From: a virus | Taxonomy: Duplodnaviria > Heunggongvirae > Uroviricota > Caudoviricetes | Reading direction: 5' to 3' (one strand) | Length of the DNA stretch: 25,241 nucleotides | IMG/VR virus record: IMGVR_UViG_2547132488_000009 | Location: 1-25,241 of that record | Part shown: in pieces, positions 9,101-18,330 of the stretch | Numbering within the stretch: the first letter of the stretch is position 1 | Layout of the letters: each line of letters begins with the position of its first letter | Notes under the pieces: generated by a model | Told to the model about the DNA's origin: nothing | The model's input: the letters and a program-made list of their open reading frames with translations, nothing else | Database searches by the model: none | Made by a program: the position numbers and the translations under genes

Positions 9101-9677
9101 GCTGGTCTGTGGTGCTGTCCGGCGTCATCCTGCGCATCCGGATATTGAACGGGCGCGGCGGCAGGTTACCCACCACCACCGAGGCCAGATACTGCGAGGT
9201 GGTTTTGCCCTTAATGGTGATGTCTTTTTCCGTCACCCAGCCACCATTACGCTGTATCTGAACCAGCAGGCGGACTTCCGACGGATTCCTGTCCCCCTTT
9301 GAGGTGGTTTCCACCAGTGCCTGCACGCCGAAGGTAAAACGCAGTCGGTCAATGTTTGCCGACGTGATGGTCCGGGTGATCGGCGTGTCGTATTTCACTT
9401 CCGTACCCAGCACCGTCTCGGAGCCGGAGGATTCAAATCCCTCCGGCGGTGTCTGCTCCTGCTCACCGGCCCGGAACACCACCGTGACGCCGGAGATATT
9501 GGTATTCCCCTCACTGTCCAGCACTGGCGTACTGTTCAGCAGCACGCTTTTTAATCCATCCACCGGACCTTCAACCGGCCCTTCGCTGATGGCATCGATC
9601 ACACTCAGCAACTGCGTGGACTTCAGGTTGTCCTTCGCTTCGCGCGGGGTATGCCCCTTACTGCTGCCTTTACCCAT
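6198..9677 (-). CDS. J: Central tail fibre / host specificity protein J
   Basis: 1159 aa starting [45 protein letters not shown], which matches lambda gpJ as I recall it. Size and position after I fit. Confidence 0.93.
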   Translation of the reverse strand: MGKGSSKGHTPREAKDNLKSTQLLSVIDAISEGPVEGPVDGLKSVLLNSTPVLDSEGNTNISGVTVVFRAGEQEQTPPEGFESSGSETVLGTEVKYDTPITRTITSANIDRLRFTFGVQALVETTSKGDRNPSEVRLLVQIQRNGGWVTEKDITIKGKTTSQYLASVVVGNLPPRPFNIRMRRMTPDSTTDQLQNKTLWSSYTEIIDVKQGYPNTALVGVQVDSEQFGSQQVSRNYHLRGRILQVPSNYNPQTRQYSGIWDGTFKPAYSNNMAWCLWDMLTHPRYGMGKRLGAADVDKWALYVIGQYCDQSVPDGFGGTEPRITCNAYLTTQRKAWDVLSDFCSAMRCMPVWNGQTLTFVQDRPSDKVWTYNRSNVVMPDDGAPFRYSFSALKDRHNAVEVNWIDPNNGWETATELVEDTQAIARYGRNVTKMDAFGCTSRGQAHRAGLWLIKTELLETQTVDFSVGAEGLRHVPGDVIEICDDDYAGISTGGRVLAVNSQTRTLTLDREITLPSSGTTLISLVDGQGNPVSVEVQSVTDGVKVKVSRVPDGVAEYSVWGLKLPTLRQRLFRCVSIRENDDGTYAITAVQHVPEKEAIVDNGAHFDGDQSGTVNGVTPPAVQHLTAEVTADSGEYQVLARWDTPKVVKGVSFLLRLTVAADDGRERLVSTARTTETTYRFTQLALGNYRLTVRAVNAWGQQGDPASVSFRIAAPAAPSRIELTPGYFQITATPHLAVYDPTVQFEFWFSEKRITDIRQVETTARYLGTALYWIAASINIKPGHDYYFYVRSVNTVGKSAFVEAVGRASDDAEGYLDFFKGEIGKTHLAQELWTQIDNGQLAPDLAEIRTSITNVSNEITQTVNKKLENQSAAIQQIQKVQVDTNNNLNSMWAVKLQQMKDGRLYIAGIGAGIENTPAGMQSQVLLAADRIAMINPANGNTKPMFVGQGDQIFMNDVFLKRLTAPTITSGGNPPAFSLTPDGRLTAKNADISGNVNANSGTLNNVTINENCRVLGKLSANQIEGDLVKTVGKAFPRDSRAPERWPSGTITVRVYDDQPFDRQIVIPAVAFSGAKHEKEHTDIYSSCRLIVRKNGAEIYNRTALDNTLIYSGVIDMPAGHGHMTLEFSVSAWLVNNWYPTASISDLLVVVMKKATAGITIS

Positions 9678-9737
9678 TCCTCACGCTCCATAAACGACAA
9701 AACCGCCCGCAGGCGGTTTCACATAAAACATTTTGCA

Positions 9738-10409
9738 TCAGCGACCAATCACCACAACCTGACCACCATCCCCTTCGTCTGCCGTGCTGATCTCCTGAGA
9801 AACCACGCGTGACCCCACGCGCATTTCACCGTACAGAACAGGCAGAACATTGCCCTGGGCAACCATGTTATCCAGTGAGGAGAAATAGGTGTTCTGTTTG
9901 CCGTTATCCGTTGTCTGTGTACGGGGAGTTCTGGCTTTCGGTGCCAGCATCTGCGCCACACCACCGAGCACCATACTGGCACCGAGAGAAAACAGGATGC
10001 CGGTCATACCACCGGCCCCAATGGCTGCCCCCCATGCTGCAAGGGTGGCCCCGGCGGTAAAGAATGATCCGGCAATGGCGGCAGCCCCCAGGACAATCTG
10101 GAATACGCCACCTGACTTGGCCCCGGCGACTCTGGGAACAATATGAATCACAGCGCCATCAGGCAGAGTCTCATGTAACTGCGCCGTTAACCCGGACGTG
10201 CTGACGTCCCGCCCGGCAATCCGTACCTGATACCAGCCGTCGCTCAGTTTCTGACGAAACGCCGGGAGCTGTGTGGCCAGTGCGCGGATGGCTTCAGCCC
10301 CCGTTTTCACACGAAGGTCGATGCGGCGGCCAAATCGTTGCAAATCCCCGTAAAGGCAGATGCGCGCCATGCCCGGTGACGCCAGAGGGAGTGTGTGCGT
10401 CGCTGCCAT
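9738..10409 (-). CDS. I: Tail tip assembly protein I
   Basis: 223 aa starting MAATHTLPLASPGMARICLYGDLQRFGRRIDL, with a Gly/Ala-rich hydrophobic segment, as in lambda gpI. Confidence 0.9.
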   Translation of the reverse strand: MAATHTLPLASPGMARICLYGDLQRFGRRIDLRVKTGAEAIRALATQLPAFRQKLSDGWYQVRIAGRDVSTSGLTAQLHETLPDGAVIHIVPRVAGAKSGGVFQIVLGAAAIAGSFFTAGATLAAWGAAIGAGGMTGILFSLGASMVLGGVAQMLAPKARTPRTQTTDNGKQNTYFSSLDNMVAQGNVLPVLYGEMRVGSRVVSQEISTADEGDGGQVVVIGR

Positions 10410-11050
10410 TTGTCGGTGTACCTCTCTCGTTTACTCAGTTGTTCAGGAATATGGTGCAGCAGCTCACCGTCACCACAGTAAATGGCGGCATGATTCGGCA
10501 CCGATGAACCAAAACAGCACAGCAGCACATCGCCCGGCTGCGCCGCTGACAACGCCACCTGATACAGCCCTGTGGCCTCCAGATTATCCAGATAGAGATT
10601 CTGACCGTGACGCCACCAGTCATCCTCGCGATGAAAATCCGGCATCTCAATCCCCGCCAGATGATAAGCATCCCGGAACAGTGTGTAACAGTCCGTCACA
10701 CCGTGCTCAAAGCGCCGCCCGGTGAGATGCGGCACACAGCGGAACTTATGAATCGTCCCCCGGCAGACCAGCCACCACGGCAAATCACTCTGCACCTGCA
10801 GCCGCCGGTCGGCCTCACTCAGCCAGGGCAGACCACCGGGGTGGCTGTGGACCAGCGCCACAATCTCACCCTGCATTTCTGCCTGCAGCCAGTCTTCCGG
10901 CGACATACGGAAATACGCCTCCGGCTCACCGGAGATATTCACGCAGGGGAAATATCTTTCCCCCTCCGGCGTGCTTACCACGAAGCCGCACGACTCCGCT
11001 GGCGCACATCGCCGGGCGTGCGCCAGAATCGCTGATTCTGTCTGTGTCAT
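10307..11050 (-). CDS. K: Tail tip assembly protein K (MPN/JAB plus NlpC/P60 domains)
   Basis: Starts MTQTESAILAHARRCAPAESCGFVV, has an HSHP metal-binding motif, then Cys and His residues in an NlpC/P60-like arrangement. The 3' end overlaps the I start by about 100 nt in another frame. Confidence 0.88.
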   Translation of the reverse strand: MTQTESAILAHARRCAPAESCGFVVSTPEGERYFPCVNISGEPEAYFRMSPEDWLQAEMQGEIVALVHSHPGGLPWLSEADRRLQVQSDLPWWLVCRGTIHKFRCVPHLTGRRFEHGVTDCYTLFRDAYHLAGIEMPDFHREDDWWRHGQNLYLDNLEATGLYQVALSAAQPGDVLLCCFGSSVPNHAAIYCGDGELLHHIPEQLSKRERYTDKWQRRTHSLWRHRAWRASAFTGICNDLAAASTFV

Positions 11051-11055
11051 GGGAT

Positions 11056-11754
11056 TTACTGCGAAAGTTTGTTAATGGAAAGGAAGCCGCCAAAGTTGCC
11101 GACGTTATTGCGGAACTTACAACCGCTCAGGCATTTGCTGCATTTATCCTTCGTGATATCGGACGTTGGCTGGTCATATTCATCCGCGACAGCCGGACCG
11201 CTATAACCGCACTCGTCACCGCGATAGGTCCAGGTGCAGGTGTTGGCCAGCATGATACGTCCCGGAAAAACAGCGCCATCCGTTTCCGTCGGCGTGGACA
11301 GTACAAAGGAGGCACTCACCGCGCTCAGTTCGCTGCACTGCTCGATGCGCCAGCGGCTGATCACCTCCTGCTCCGGATCGGCGTAACTGTTTCCGTTGAC
11401 GAAGTTCACCGCATCCAGAAAACGGGCGTAAACCTTACGCCGGACCACCGTTCCGCCGACCAGACTCTGCAGATCTTCCGCCATCCCGGTGACCATACCG
11501 TACAGGTTAGAAACCGTCAGCGTGGGGCGCGTACTGGTGCCTTTGCCATTCAGTTCAAAACCGCTCCCCTGAATGGGATACGGCTGATACTGTCGCCCCT
11601 GCCAGGTGACCGGCTCACCTTTTTCGTTCTGCTCATTACAGAAAAAATAACGTTCTCCACCGACCTCTGTCAGGTCGATTTCCCAGAGCTCCACGCTGGC
11701 CGACTGCTCCGCACGGGTGCATTCATTCAGTGTTTCCTGCCGGATATCCTGCAT
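11056..11754 (-). CDS. L: Minor tail protein L
   Basis: 232 aa starting MQDIRQETLNECTRAEQSASVELWEIDLTEVGGERYFFCNEQNEKGEPVTWQGRQYQPYPIQG, as in lambda gpL. Confidence 0.92.
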   Translation of the reverse strand: MQDIRQETLNECTRAEQSASVELWEIDLTEVGGERYFFCNEQNEKGEPVTWQGRQYQPYPIQGSGFELNGKGTSTRPTLTVSNLYGMVTGMAEDLQSLVGGTVVRRKVYARFLDAVNFVNGNSYADPEQEVISRWRIEQCSELSAVSASFVLSTPTETDGAVFPGRIMLANTCTWTYRGDECGYSGPAVADEYDQPTSDITKDKCSKCLSGCKFRNNVGNFGGFLSINKLSQ

Positions 11755-12083
11755 CAGTTCACCACCTGTTCAAACTCTGCGCTGAACTCAACACGCAGCA
11801 TACTGACCCGCGACGACCATTTTGCGCAGGTCACCTTTATCTGCCGGTAGCCATAAGGCGGCGTCCACAGAAAGGCTTTCCAGCCCCCGTGCTCTGCCAG
11901 AAACGACTCCAGCGCCGTAGCCTCCCAACGGGGGACAGAAAGCGTCACGCTGTACGTTTTCAGGTCGGCATTCAGCCCGGCAGGCGCTCGCTGGGAGTAA
12001 CCATCCCCAAAACGTACTTCCCTGACTAAAGGAGTCGAAGCCACCTCCATACCAGGTTTTACCTTCCAGTGAAACGTTTTCAT
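11754..12083 (-). CDS. M: Minor tail protein M
   Basis: 109 aa (MKTFHWKVKPGMEVASTPLVREVRFGDGYSQRAPAGLNADLKTYSVTLSVPRWEAT...), near-identical to lambda gpM as I recall it. Confidence 0.93.
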   Translation of the reverse strand: MKTFHWKVKPGMEVASTPLVREVRFGDGYSQRAPAGLNADLKTYSVTLSVPRWEATALESFLAEHGGWKAFLWTPPYGYRQIKVTCAKWSSRVSMLRVEFSAEFEQVVN

Positions 12084-15000
12084 CGCCCGCCTCCTGAATA
12101 CAGTCCGCCATCACGGGACTGCTGTTGCATAAAGTCCGCTGCCGCTTTTTTCCCGAGATCATAAACCACCTTCAGGGCAGCCGGACCTATCTGCCCGTTC
12201 GTGCCGTCGTTATTGATCTCGATGTTGTACTGCGGGGCAAACATCGCCATACCTGAACCACCAATATCCGCCACAACCCCCAGCTTACCGTCAGCACCAC
12301 GACGCAGTGGCAGAATGGCTTCAGGTCCAGCTTCCCCCATCACACCCGCGCCTTTTGCAAAAGCAAAAAATGTTGGACGGTTAACCACCGTGCCACTGTA
12401 GCGACTCAAATCAGCAGACTGATAAACACCGCCATCCGCATTTGGCGTCACGCTGGCAGCTGCTGCACTCCCCCAGCCAAACGCCGAACCAATCCCCTTC
12501 ACCGCCTGCATCATGGCCATTTGCGACATGATTTTTGCCAGATCAGAAAGGAGCGAGGCGGTAAAAGATTTGAAGTTCAGTTTTCCGGTGGTACAGAACG
12601 TCGCCAGTGCATTACCTGCGCTGTTAAATGCCGCTGTAAACATCTGCTCAGCCGTACCTGCCGCGTTATCCGCTTCTGCCGTAAAATTCTGAAACGCACG
12701 TATGGCACCGTTTTTCCAGTTACCCTGCACAACTTCAAGCTGTTGCCAGTAACGGCGATTCTCATTCAGTTGTCGGTTCAGGCTCTCCGTCAGCGCCTGC
12801 TCGGCCTTTCTGTAGTCATCCGTGTTATATGTCCCTTTCTGCTCACTATCCCGCCTCAACTGCTCCAGCTGTTGCTGGTATTTCTGGCGAAGACTCAGTT
12901 GTACCTGATACCGCTGCCGCAACTGTTCGCCCATACCCACCGTGGCGATATCCAGGTCATGTTGCTGACGCTGAGCGCGTTCTTCTTCAGCCAGTTGACT
13001 GGTCAGCTGAATTGTTTTTTTCTTCAGCTCGTTGAGTGCCGTCTGCTTCTGAAGCTCCTGCTGTTTTACATCCAGCAACGTCAGTGCCTGAATCAGTTCA
13101 TCTTTACGGGCCAGCACACTCTTTTCATCTGCCGTCAGTTTTTTCCCGTCCAGGTCGCTGATGCGCTGCTGCAGAGCCAGAAGCTGTTTATGCGCTTCTG
13201 TCATCCTGTCAGTGGCAATGCCTGCTGACTGTCTGGCAGCAGCAATCTGCCCTTCCACCTGTGCCTGTTGCTGACTGTACTGCAGCAATAACCGGGTGGC
13301 CTCATCATTACGGGTTTCGCGTGTTTTTTTCTTACCGGATGCCAGGGCTTTCTCGTAACGTTCATTTTCACGTTGTATCGCCGCATCCCTGACAGCCTGG
13401 TCGGCGTATTGCATGGCATTAATACGCGCAATTTCACGCTGATGTCGTGCTGCTTCCGTTTCATTCATCCGGTTCAGTGCTGCATTTTCAGCATTACGGC
13501 GTTTCTGTTGCTCCTGATAATTCCGCTCTGCCTGCTCTTTTGCATCCTGCAAATCCTTCTGGCGTTTTTTCTCCTGAAGATCGTTAAGACGCTGCTGATC
13601 GTACTCCACCTGAGTGGATGAATTCGTCCACGAAAACTTTTTCGCCCGTTGAATTTTTTCCTGTAAGGCAGCTATCTGCCCATCCAGTGAATCTTCACGA
13701 CCGATGTTCAGGGCCGCGTCCCAGAAACGGCTCCACAAATCAGACAGATATTTCAGCGTACTGCCCAGCGCATTAAGATTATTATCAATATCCGCAGTAC
13801 GCCGACCGGTTTCCTCTGCCAGTGCAGACATAGCTATCCGTGCAGCATCACTGGACCGTCCCTGTTCCCCAAGGACGCGTATCTGCTCAAGCTGAGTGGC
13901 AGTAAGAAAATGCAGCTCATTGTCCAGAGCCTTCGCGGCATTTACAGGATCATCCTTCAGCCGCTTAAACTGATTTATGGTATCGCTGACCGACTGACCA
14001 ACCGATCGCTCCATCTGTGCGGCAGCTCTCGCCACCATACCGATATCGTTTCCACGAAATGCACCACTCCCCACCACCTGAGCCAGCGCACCGGCTGCAG
14101 CATGTTGCGTGATACCATTCCCGGAAATAGCACGACTGAGCGTCCACAACTGCCCGGCAGTGACTCCGGCATAATGCCCCGTCAGCGACAACTGGCGGTT
14201 AAATTCTTCCCCCTCCTTCTGACCGTCATACCAGGCTTTACCCAGACCATAGACGGCCGCGGCAATACCGCCAATAACCCCGCCAAGCATCATGCCTTTC
14301 GGTGACATCAGTGTGTCTATCCATCCGGCACGGTTAGCCAGCGTTATCCCGGATCCCCTCAGCGCCCCTAAATTACCGCGGGCCAGTTCACCTATCAGAA
14401 CGCCTATCTCCTGGCGGGCTGCTGCACTTTTCAGACCCAGCGAATGCGTGGCTTTTCCTGCCTGCTCCATTTTGCGGATATACACTTCTGCAGCACTGCT
14501 TACCCCCAGCTGGGCTGCCTTGGCACGAAGCAACTCAGAAGATGAAAGATTCTGGCGGGTTGCCTGCTCTTTAAGCTGACGGATAAACGCCACTTTCTGT
14601 CGGGTAGCCTCTTCCTCAGCCTGTGTAAGAACACGGGTTTTCGCAGTAACCTCAGAAATCAGCGCCAGATAATCCTGCTGACCAATCCCGCCACTGTTTC
14701 TGGCCTGTCGGATCTGCTGCTGAATACGCTGTAATTCCTGCAGCCCCGCACTGGCCTGTTTCACACTGTCAATCTGACGATAAAACGCAGCAGCCGCTTT
14801 ATCCTGAGCCTCCGCCAGAGCCATGGCCTGCGCCTGTTCCTCGCGCATTTTCTGGCTCAGCGCCTCCATGCGCTGGCGGGGTTTCTCCACCTCGCGGGCC
14901 ATGCGTTCATGAGCCTGTGCGTTCTTCTCCACCGTCTGCGCATGGACGGATGCGGCTGTTGCAGCCGAAGAAGCCGCCTGCGTTGTCTGCCGGGCGGCCT

Positions 15001-15154
15001 GAGTCTGACGCTCCATAAAACGCTGCATACGGGCAGAAGACCGTTCTGCATCGCTGGCTGCACCATTCAGAAGGTTTTTGATACGGGGAATTTCATTTTT
15101 AAACTCTGCCGCATCAATCCCCAAATCAATGACCAGGTTGGCTATCTGGTCCAT
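12080..15154 (-). CDS. H: Tail length tape measure protein H
   Basis: The start is taken at the ATG at 15154 (MDQIANLVIDLGIDAAEF, GGAGGTG Shine-Dalgarno upstream). It has a long coiled-coil-rich centre and the C-terminus ...EINNDGTNGQIGPAALKVVYDLGKKAAADFMQQQSRDGGLYSGGGR, as in lambda gpH. Confidence 0.92.
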   Translation of the reverse strand: MDQIANLVIDLGIDAAEFKNEIPRIKNLLNGAASDAERSSARMQRFMERQTQAARQTTQAASSAATAASVHAQTVEKNAQAHERMAREVEKPRQRMEALSQKMREEQAQAMALAEAQDKAAAAFYRQIDSVKQASAGLQELQRIQQQIRQARNSGGIGQQDYLALISEVTAKTRVLTQAEEEATRQKVAFIRQLKEQATRQNLSSSELLRAKAAQLGVSSAAEVYIRKMEQAGKATHSLGLKSAAARQEIGVLIGELARGNLGALRGSGITLANRAGWIDTLMSPKGMMLGGVIGGIAAAVYGLGKAWYDGQKEGEEFNRQLSLTGHYAGVTAGQLWTLSRAISGNGITQHAAAGALAQVVGSGAFRGNDIGMVARAAAQMERSVGQSVSDTINQFKRLKDDPVNAAKALDNELHFLTATQLEQIRVLGEQGRSSDAARIAMSALAEETGRRTADIDNNLNALGSTLKYLSDLWSRFWDAALNIGREDSLDGQIAALQEKIQRAKKFSWTNSSTQVEYDQQRLNDLQEKKRQKDLQDAKEQAERNYQEQQKRRNAENAALNRMNETEAARHQREIARINAMQYADQAVRDAAIQRENERYEKALASGKKKTRETRNDEATRLLLQYSQQQAQVEGQIAAARQSAGIATDRMTEAHKQLLALQQRISDLDGKKLTADEKSVLARKDELIQALTLLDVKQQELQKQTALNELKKKTIQLTSQLAEEERAQRQQHDLDIATVGMGEQLRQRYQVQLSLRQKYQQQLEQLRRDSEQKGTYNTDDYRKAEQALTESLNRQLNENRRYWQQLEVVQGNWKNGAIRAFQNFTAEADNAAGTAEQMFTAAFNSAGNALATFCTTGKLNFKSFTASLLSDLAKIMSQMAMMQAVKGIGSAFGWGSAAAASVTPNADGGVYQSADLSRYSGTVVNRPTFFAFAKGAGVMGEAGPEAILPLRRGADGKLGVVADIGGSGMAMFAPQYNIEINNDGTNGQIGPAALKVVYDLGKKAAADFMQQQSRDGGLYSGGGR

Positions 15155-15488
15155 AACGCACACCTCCGGAAATACCTTCCCCAAGATGCATCAGTTCTTC
15201 GTCCGTTCGCTCCGGTATCCCGTTCTCTTCCGGTAAAAGGCTGAAATCAGCCACCGCAGCATCACTGCTACCGGACACCATTCTCACGATCAATGCCTTC
15301 AGCGAGGCAAACTGCGCATCCATCCACACATCACTGAAGCTCTGCATCCGGAAATAATCGCCCCATTCACCAAGCTCAGTGGCCGACATTTCCGACAGCA
15401 TCCGCCGCCAGTCTGCCCGCCGGAACTCCCGGGCAAGCCGCATGACAAACTGCATTTCCCGCGTCAGGACTTTTCCGGCGTCAGCACC
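15126..15488 (-). CDS. T: T segment of the tail assembly chaperone GT fusion (made by -1 frameshift from G; no independent start expected)
   Basis: The -1 frame relative to G is open from 15488 through the G stop to 15126. Its position between G and H is the conserved G/T arrangement. Confidence 0.7.
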   Translation of the reverse strand, partial: GADAGKVLTREMQFVMRLAREFRRADWRRMLSEMSATELGEWGDYFRMQSFSDVWMDAQFASLKALIVRMVSGSSDAAVADFSLLPEENGIPERTDEELMHLGEGISGGVRYGPDSQPGH

Positions 15489-15850
15489 TCATGCTCCAAA
15501 TCCCCGGCATTCTCAATGGCTCCCATACCGCTCAGCGACAAAACCATCTCTGCCCCCGCACCCAGGGCATCATACGACCATGTTGTAATAACGGATGCGT
15601 AAAGCGTCTCAACATCCTGAGACTGTTCCGCATTCCACAGTGAGCGGGAAACCAGCCAGGCATTGATATCCATCCCCATCCGCAGAAAAGCAATCTGTCG
15701 TTCAGCCTCCGGCAGTTCTCCCTCCCCGGCATCAAACTTTGCCGTTCGCTGCTGAACAAACGTCAGATATTCAATTCTCTGCAGCCCGGACAGCTCACTG
15801 AGCACCACGGACTGTTTTTCATAATTAAACGTGTCCTGTTTCAGAAACAT
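15464..15850 (-). CDS. G: Tail assembly chaperone G
   Basis: Reads MFLKQDTFNYEKQSVVLSELSGLQRIEYLTFVQQR..., matching lambda gpG (MFLKTESFEHNGVTVTLSELSALQRIEHL). The start is taken at 15850, with GGTGGAG upstream; the ATG at 15853 is an alternative. Confidence 0.88.
   Translation of the reverse strand: MFLKQDTFNYEKQSVVLSELSGLQRIEYLTFVQQRTAKFDAGEGELPEAERQIAFLRMGMDINAWLVSRSLWNAEQSQDVETLYASVITTWSYDALGAGAEMVLSLSGMGAIENAGDLEHEVLTPEKS
15470..15478 (-). promoter_or_regulatory. Candidate -1 frameshift site for G to GT
   Basis: The mRNA reads CCG-GAA-AAG-UCC-UGA in the G frame, so GGAAAAG is the only lysine-codon slippery motif in the 25-nt G/T overlap. It is not the canonical lambda G-GGA-AAG. Confidence 0.45.
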
Positions 15851-15866
15851 CATGTTCTCCACCTGC

Positions 15867-15890
15867 AAAAAAGCCCCGAATAACCGGGGC
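15867..15890 (-). terminator. Terminator-like hairpin immediately after the major tail gene V
   Basis: On the minus strand, GCCCCG-GUUAUU-CGGGGC is followed by UUUUUU, just upstream of the G ribosome-binding site. Confidence 0.55.
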
Positions 15891-15910
15891 AAATGATGAG
15901 TATCGTCCTG

Positions 15911-16654
15911 TTAACCTGCTGCGCTGACAGTCACCGCAGCCACAGCCACAAAATTCCCGTCAGCGGTCATGCCCACAATGCTGACACTGCCCTGCTTCAC
16001 GCCTTTTACCGTGGCCACAAGTCCGTTCAGGGTAACCGTGGCAGTCTGTGGATCTGACGAATGCACACTGATCGCTTTGTCACTGGCTCCGTCAGGTTTT
16101 ACTGTAAAGGTCAGCGTGGTGGTTGCTCCCACTTTTACACTGGCAGACGCCGGTGATACTGTCAGCCCGGTAACGCTCACGGTTTCAGTGCCTTCCTCTG
16201 CCAGATACGGACGCCCCACACCGCTGATTTTCACAGTGCGGGTCATCACGTCTTTTGAGGCAATGGTTTTACCCAGTGAGCTCAGCCAGCCACGGAAAAC
16301 ATCAACAGTGCCGTTGGGATATTTGATACGAAACGCGCAGACTTCACCGGAGTCGAACAACTGAACCAGTTTTTTCTGCCCGCTGTCACCCGGACGCCAG
16401 GCCAGCGTCGCCGAAGTATCACCAACGGATTTCTGCCCCTGGGTTGTCGTTTTCCAGTCTGCATCTTCATCATCGAGATAAGTGTCATCTTCTGCATCAG
16501 CGGTCATTTCGCCAGGTTGCAGATCCTTCACCATCGCAAGACGCAGCCAGTCAGTGTCCGACAAAGGGTTCGCAAACGCATCGCCGTTGCCGGTATACAT
16601 CCAGAACGTCGTCCCCGCACCTTTCGTCTTTGCCAGTGGATTTGGTGTGGTCAT
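15911..16654 (-). CDS. V: Major tail protein V (with C-terminal Ig-like domain)
   Basis: The start is taken at 16654 (AGGAGG upstream). It reads MTTPNPLAKTKGAGTTFWMYTGNGDAFANPLSDTDWLRLAMVKDLQPGEMTA...YLDDEDADW...GQGQKS, matching lambda gpV. Confidence 0.92.
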   Translation of the reverse strand: MTTPNPLAKTKGAGTTFWMYTGNGDAFANPLSDTDWLRLAMVKDLQPGEMTADAEDDTYLDDEDADWKTTTQGQKSVGDTSATLAWRPGDSGQKKLVQLFDSGEVCAFRIKYPNGTVDVFRGWLSSLGKTIASKDVMTRTVKISGVGRPYLAEEGTETVSVTGLTVSPASASVKVGATTTLTFTVKPDGASDKAISVHSSDPQTATVTLNGLVATVKGVKQGSVSIVGMTADGNFVAVAAVTVSAAG

Positions 16655-16664
16655 TACCACCTCC

Positions 16665-17078
16665 TTAATTCGTGTACGTGATCTGGTACGTGATTTCCGC
16701 CATCGCCCAGGTGGCCATCTCATTATCACGTTGATAGTTAAAACCGAGTGGGATCAGGGTGTCGATGAGTCCGGAAAGTGCCGGTATATCATTCAGGGCC
16801 GGGAAAATGGTGCTCTCCATCCACATATCCAGCTCTGAATCCGGTGCCTGTGCCCGGATGAAGACGGCAATATGCAGAACAGCCTGCCAGTCATCTTCAT
16901 CCGTCATTTTTCCGGTGTACTGAGCATCACTCAGCCACACCGCCACGGCAGGCAGTTCCTGCGCATCAATAAATGCCGGAAGCCCGTCAAAAAACGTGGC
17001 GCTGTCTCCACACTGTTCCCGAAGGCGTGCCAGTACGGCCTGGCGGATTTGTGTATGTCGGTTCATCGTGTCAGCCAT
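16665..17078 (-). CDS. U: Minor tail protein U (tail terminator)
   Basis: Reads ...RQAVLARLREQCGDSATFFDGLPAFIDAQELPAVAVWLSDAQYTGK...WQAVLHIAVFIRAQAPDSELDMWMES...IPALSGLI, matching lambda gpU. Confidence 0.9.
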   Translation of the reverse strand: MADTMNRHTQIRQAVLARLREQCGDSATFFDGLPAFIDAQELPAVAVWLSDAQYTGKMTDEDDWQAVLHIAVFIRAQAPDSELDMWMESTIFPALNDIPALSGLIDTLIPLGFNYQRDNEMATWAMAEITYQITYTN

Positions 17079-17641
17079 AACCTCAGTTGTTGTTTCAGTG
17101 CATACCCCAGCTGTTTCGGCATTTCCGCAGTAATGATGCGGTCGCGGGCATCTTCAAATGCCTGTGTCAGCGGTCCGGACAGCGGGATTTTCACCACATC
17201 AATGGGGTAACGATTTTTGCCATCAATACGCCGCATCACATGCCAGCGACCATTCGCCAGCTGCTGAATAAACGCATCCCGGAAAAGATATTTACCCACC
17301 TTCAGCACACTGCCACGGTACTGCAGTTTTCCACCACGCCGGGCCAGTCTGACCCGGGCCGTCCCCAGCTTAATGGCGGGCAGGTTGCCCCGGTTAACGC
17401 GGATCCTGGCCGTCATTTTTCCTGACGGACTGGCTTTAAACACCAGGACACGCTGACGTACCAGTTTCAGGGGGATCCCTTTCACCTGGTTATCTCCCGC
17501 AACGGTATTCCCGGCAACCTGCCGGGTGGCAACCGAGACCGCTTTCTGTGCCACACGGTTTATCGCCCATGCGCTGGCCTGTGGCACCATACGGGTATCA
17601 AGGCTGTTCAGATTGCGGATGGCATTCTCAAGCCCCTTCAT
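17063..17641 (-). CDS. Z: Tail completion protein, gpZ-like (HK97 gp10-like family)
   Basis: 192 aa, in the position immediately upstream of U, with the basic composition typical of this family. The assignment rests on synteny and size. Confidence 0.65.
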   Translation of the reverse strand: MKGLENAIRNLNSLDTRMVPQASAWAINRVAQKAVSVATRQVAGNTVAGDNQVKGIPLKLVRQRVLVFKASPSGKMTARIRVNRGNLPAIKLGTARVRLARRGGKLQYRGSVLKVGKYLFRDAFIQQLANGRWHVMRRIDGKNRYPIDVVKIPLSGPLTQAFEDARDRIITAEMPKQLGYALKQQLRLWLTR

Positions 17642-17652
17642 CCCACACCTCT

Positions 17653-17928
17653 TTACTCAATAAAGATCATTGGCTTACCGTTAAAACGTTCATGCCGTGT
17701 GACCGTCCATTGTTGTCCGTCATAAACAACGCGATCCCCGCGCCGTGGGCGGTATCCCGAAGAAAACACCACCAGAGAGACCGCAAGTCCGGACAGAGCA
17801 TTCAGCTCTGCCAGTGTTTCTCCCGGGATCACAGTCATATCGACATCATTAATCGAGGCTGTCTTTCCCATCTTTCTGACCGTGATCGCATCCATACGCG
17901 CTGCCAGCCGGGAAAAGGGATCAGACAT
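17653..17928 (-). CDS. Head-tail joining protein, FII-like
   Basis: 91 aa. The C-terminal motif PRRGDRVVYDGQQWTVTRH resembles the RRGD...W.V motif of lambda gpFII, and it lies between the head genes and Z. Confidence 0.55.
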   Translation of the reverse strand: MSDPFSRLAARMDAITVRKMGKTASINDVDMTVIPGETLAELNALSGLAVSLVVFSSGYRPRRGDRVVYDGQQWTVTRHERFNGKPMIFIE

Positions 17929-18244
17929 TGAGTTTTACCGGCACTTCTTCTGCACTGGTTCCGGCATCTGCCCAGACAACCCCGACCAGCGGATCAGAGC
18001 CGCTGTTAGTCAGCTGAACTTTTCCGGACTTCAGATAAACCTTCTTACCCGTTTTCATGTCATCCGTTTTCAGCTTCGGCAACATAAATACGCCTTCAGC
18101 GATACCATCTCCCGTTTCGCCTTTCGCAATATCGGTCAGTGCCACCGCAAAAACATCTCCCACCTGCACCAGTTCTCCGCTACTGATATTTGCACCAGCA
18201 ACAATCGCCACCGTTTTTCCTTCTTCTACAAAATTCTTTGCCAT
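17921..18244 (-). CDS. Small head protein of uncertain role (FI position; possible head decoration or packaging factor)
   Basis: 107 aa from the ATG at 18244 (GGAG upstream): MAKNFVEEGKTVAIVAGANISSGELVQVGDVFAVALTDIAKGETGDGIAEGVF... It lies directly downstream of the capsid gene. Confidence 0.5.
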   Translation of the reverse strand: MAKNFVEEGKTVAIVAGANISSGELVQVGDVFAVALTDIAKGETGDGIAEGVFMLPKLKTDDMKTGKKVYLKSGKVQLTNSGSDPLVGVVWADAGTSAEEVPVKLNV

Positions 18245-18287
18245 AACTGTCTCCACACAGCCCCTGAGCGGGGCTGATTTCAGGTAC

Positions 18288-18306
18288 AAAAAAAGCCCTT
18301 ACGGGC
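18288..18306 (-). terminator. Weak terminator-like hairpin after the capsid gene
   Basis: On the minus strand, GCCC-GUAA-GGGC is followed by UUUUUUU. The stem is short. Confidence 0.35.
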
Positions 18307-18330
18307 CATCTGAGTTGTTGTCTGCGACGT

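Noticed and set aside
12521-13228. 235-aa plus-strand ORF and several smaller ORFs antisense to the tape measure gene
   Set aside because: They are embedded in H on the opposite strand with Leu/Gln/Cys-rich low-complexity composition, which is expected antisense of a coiled-coil coding region.
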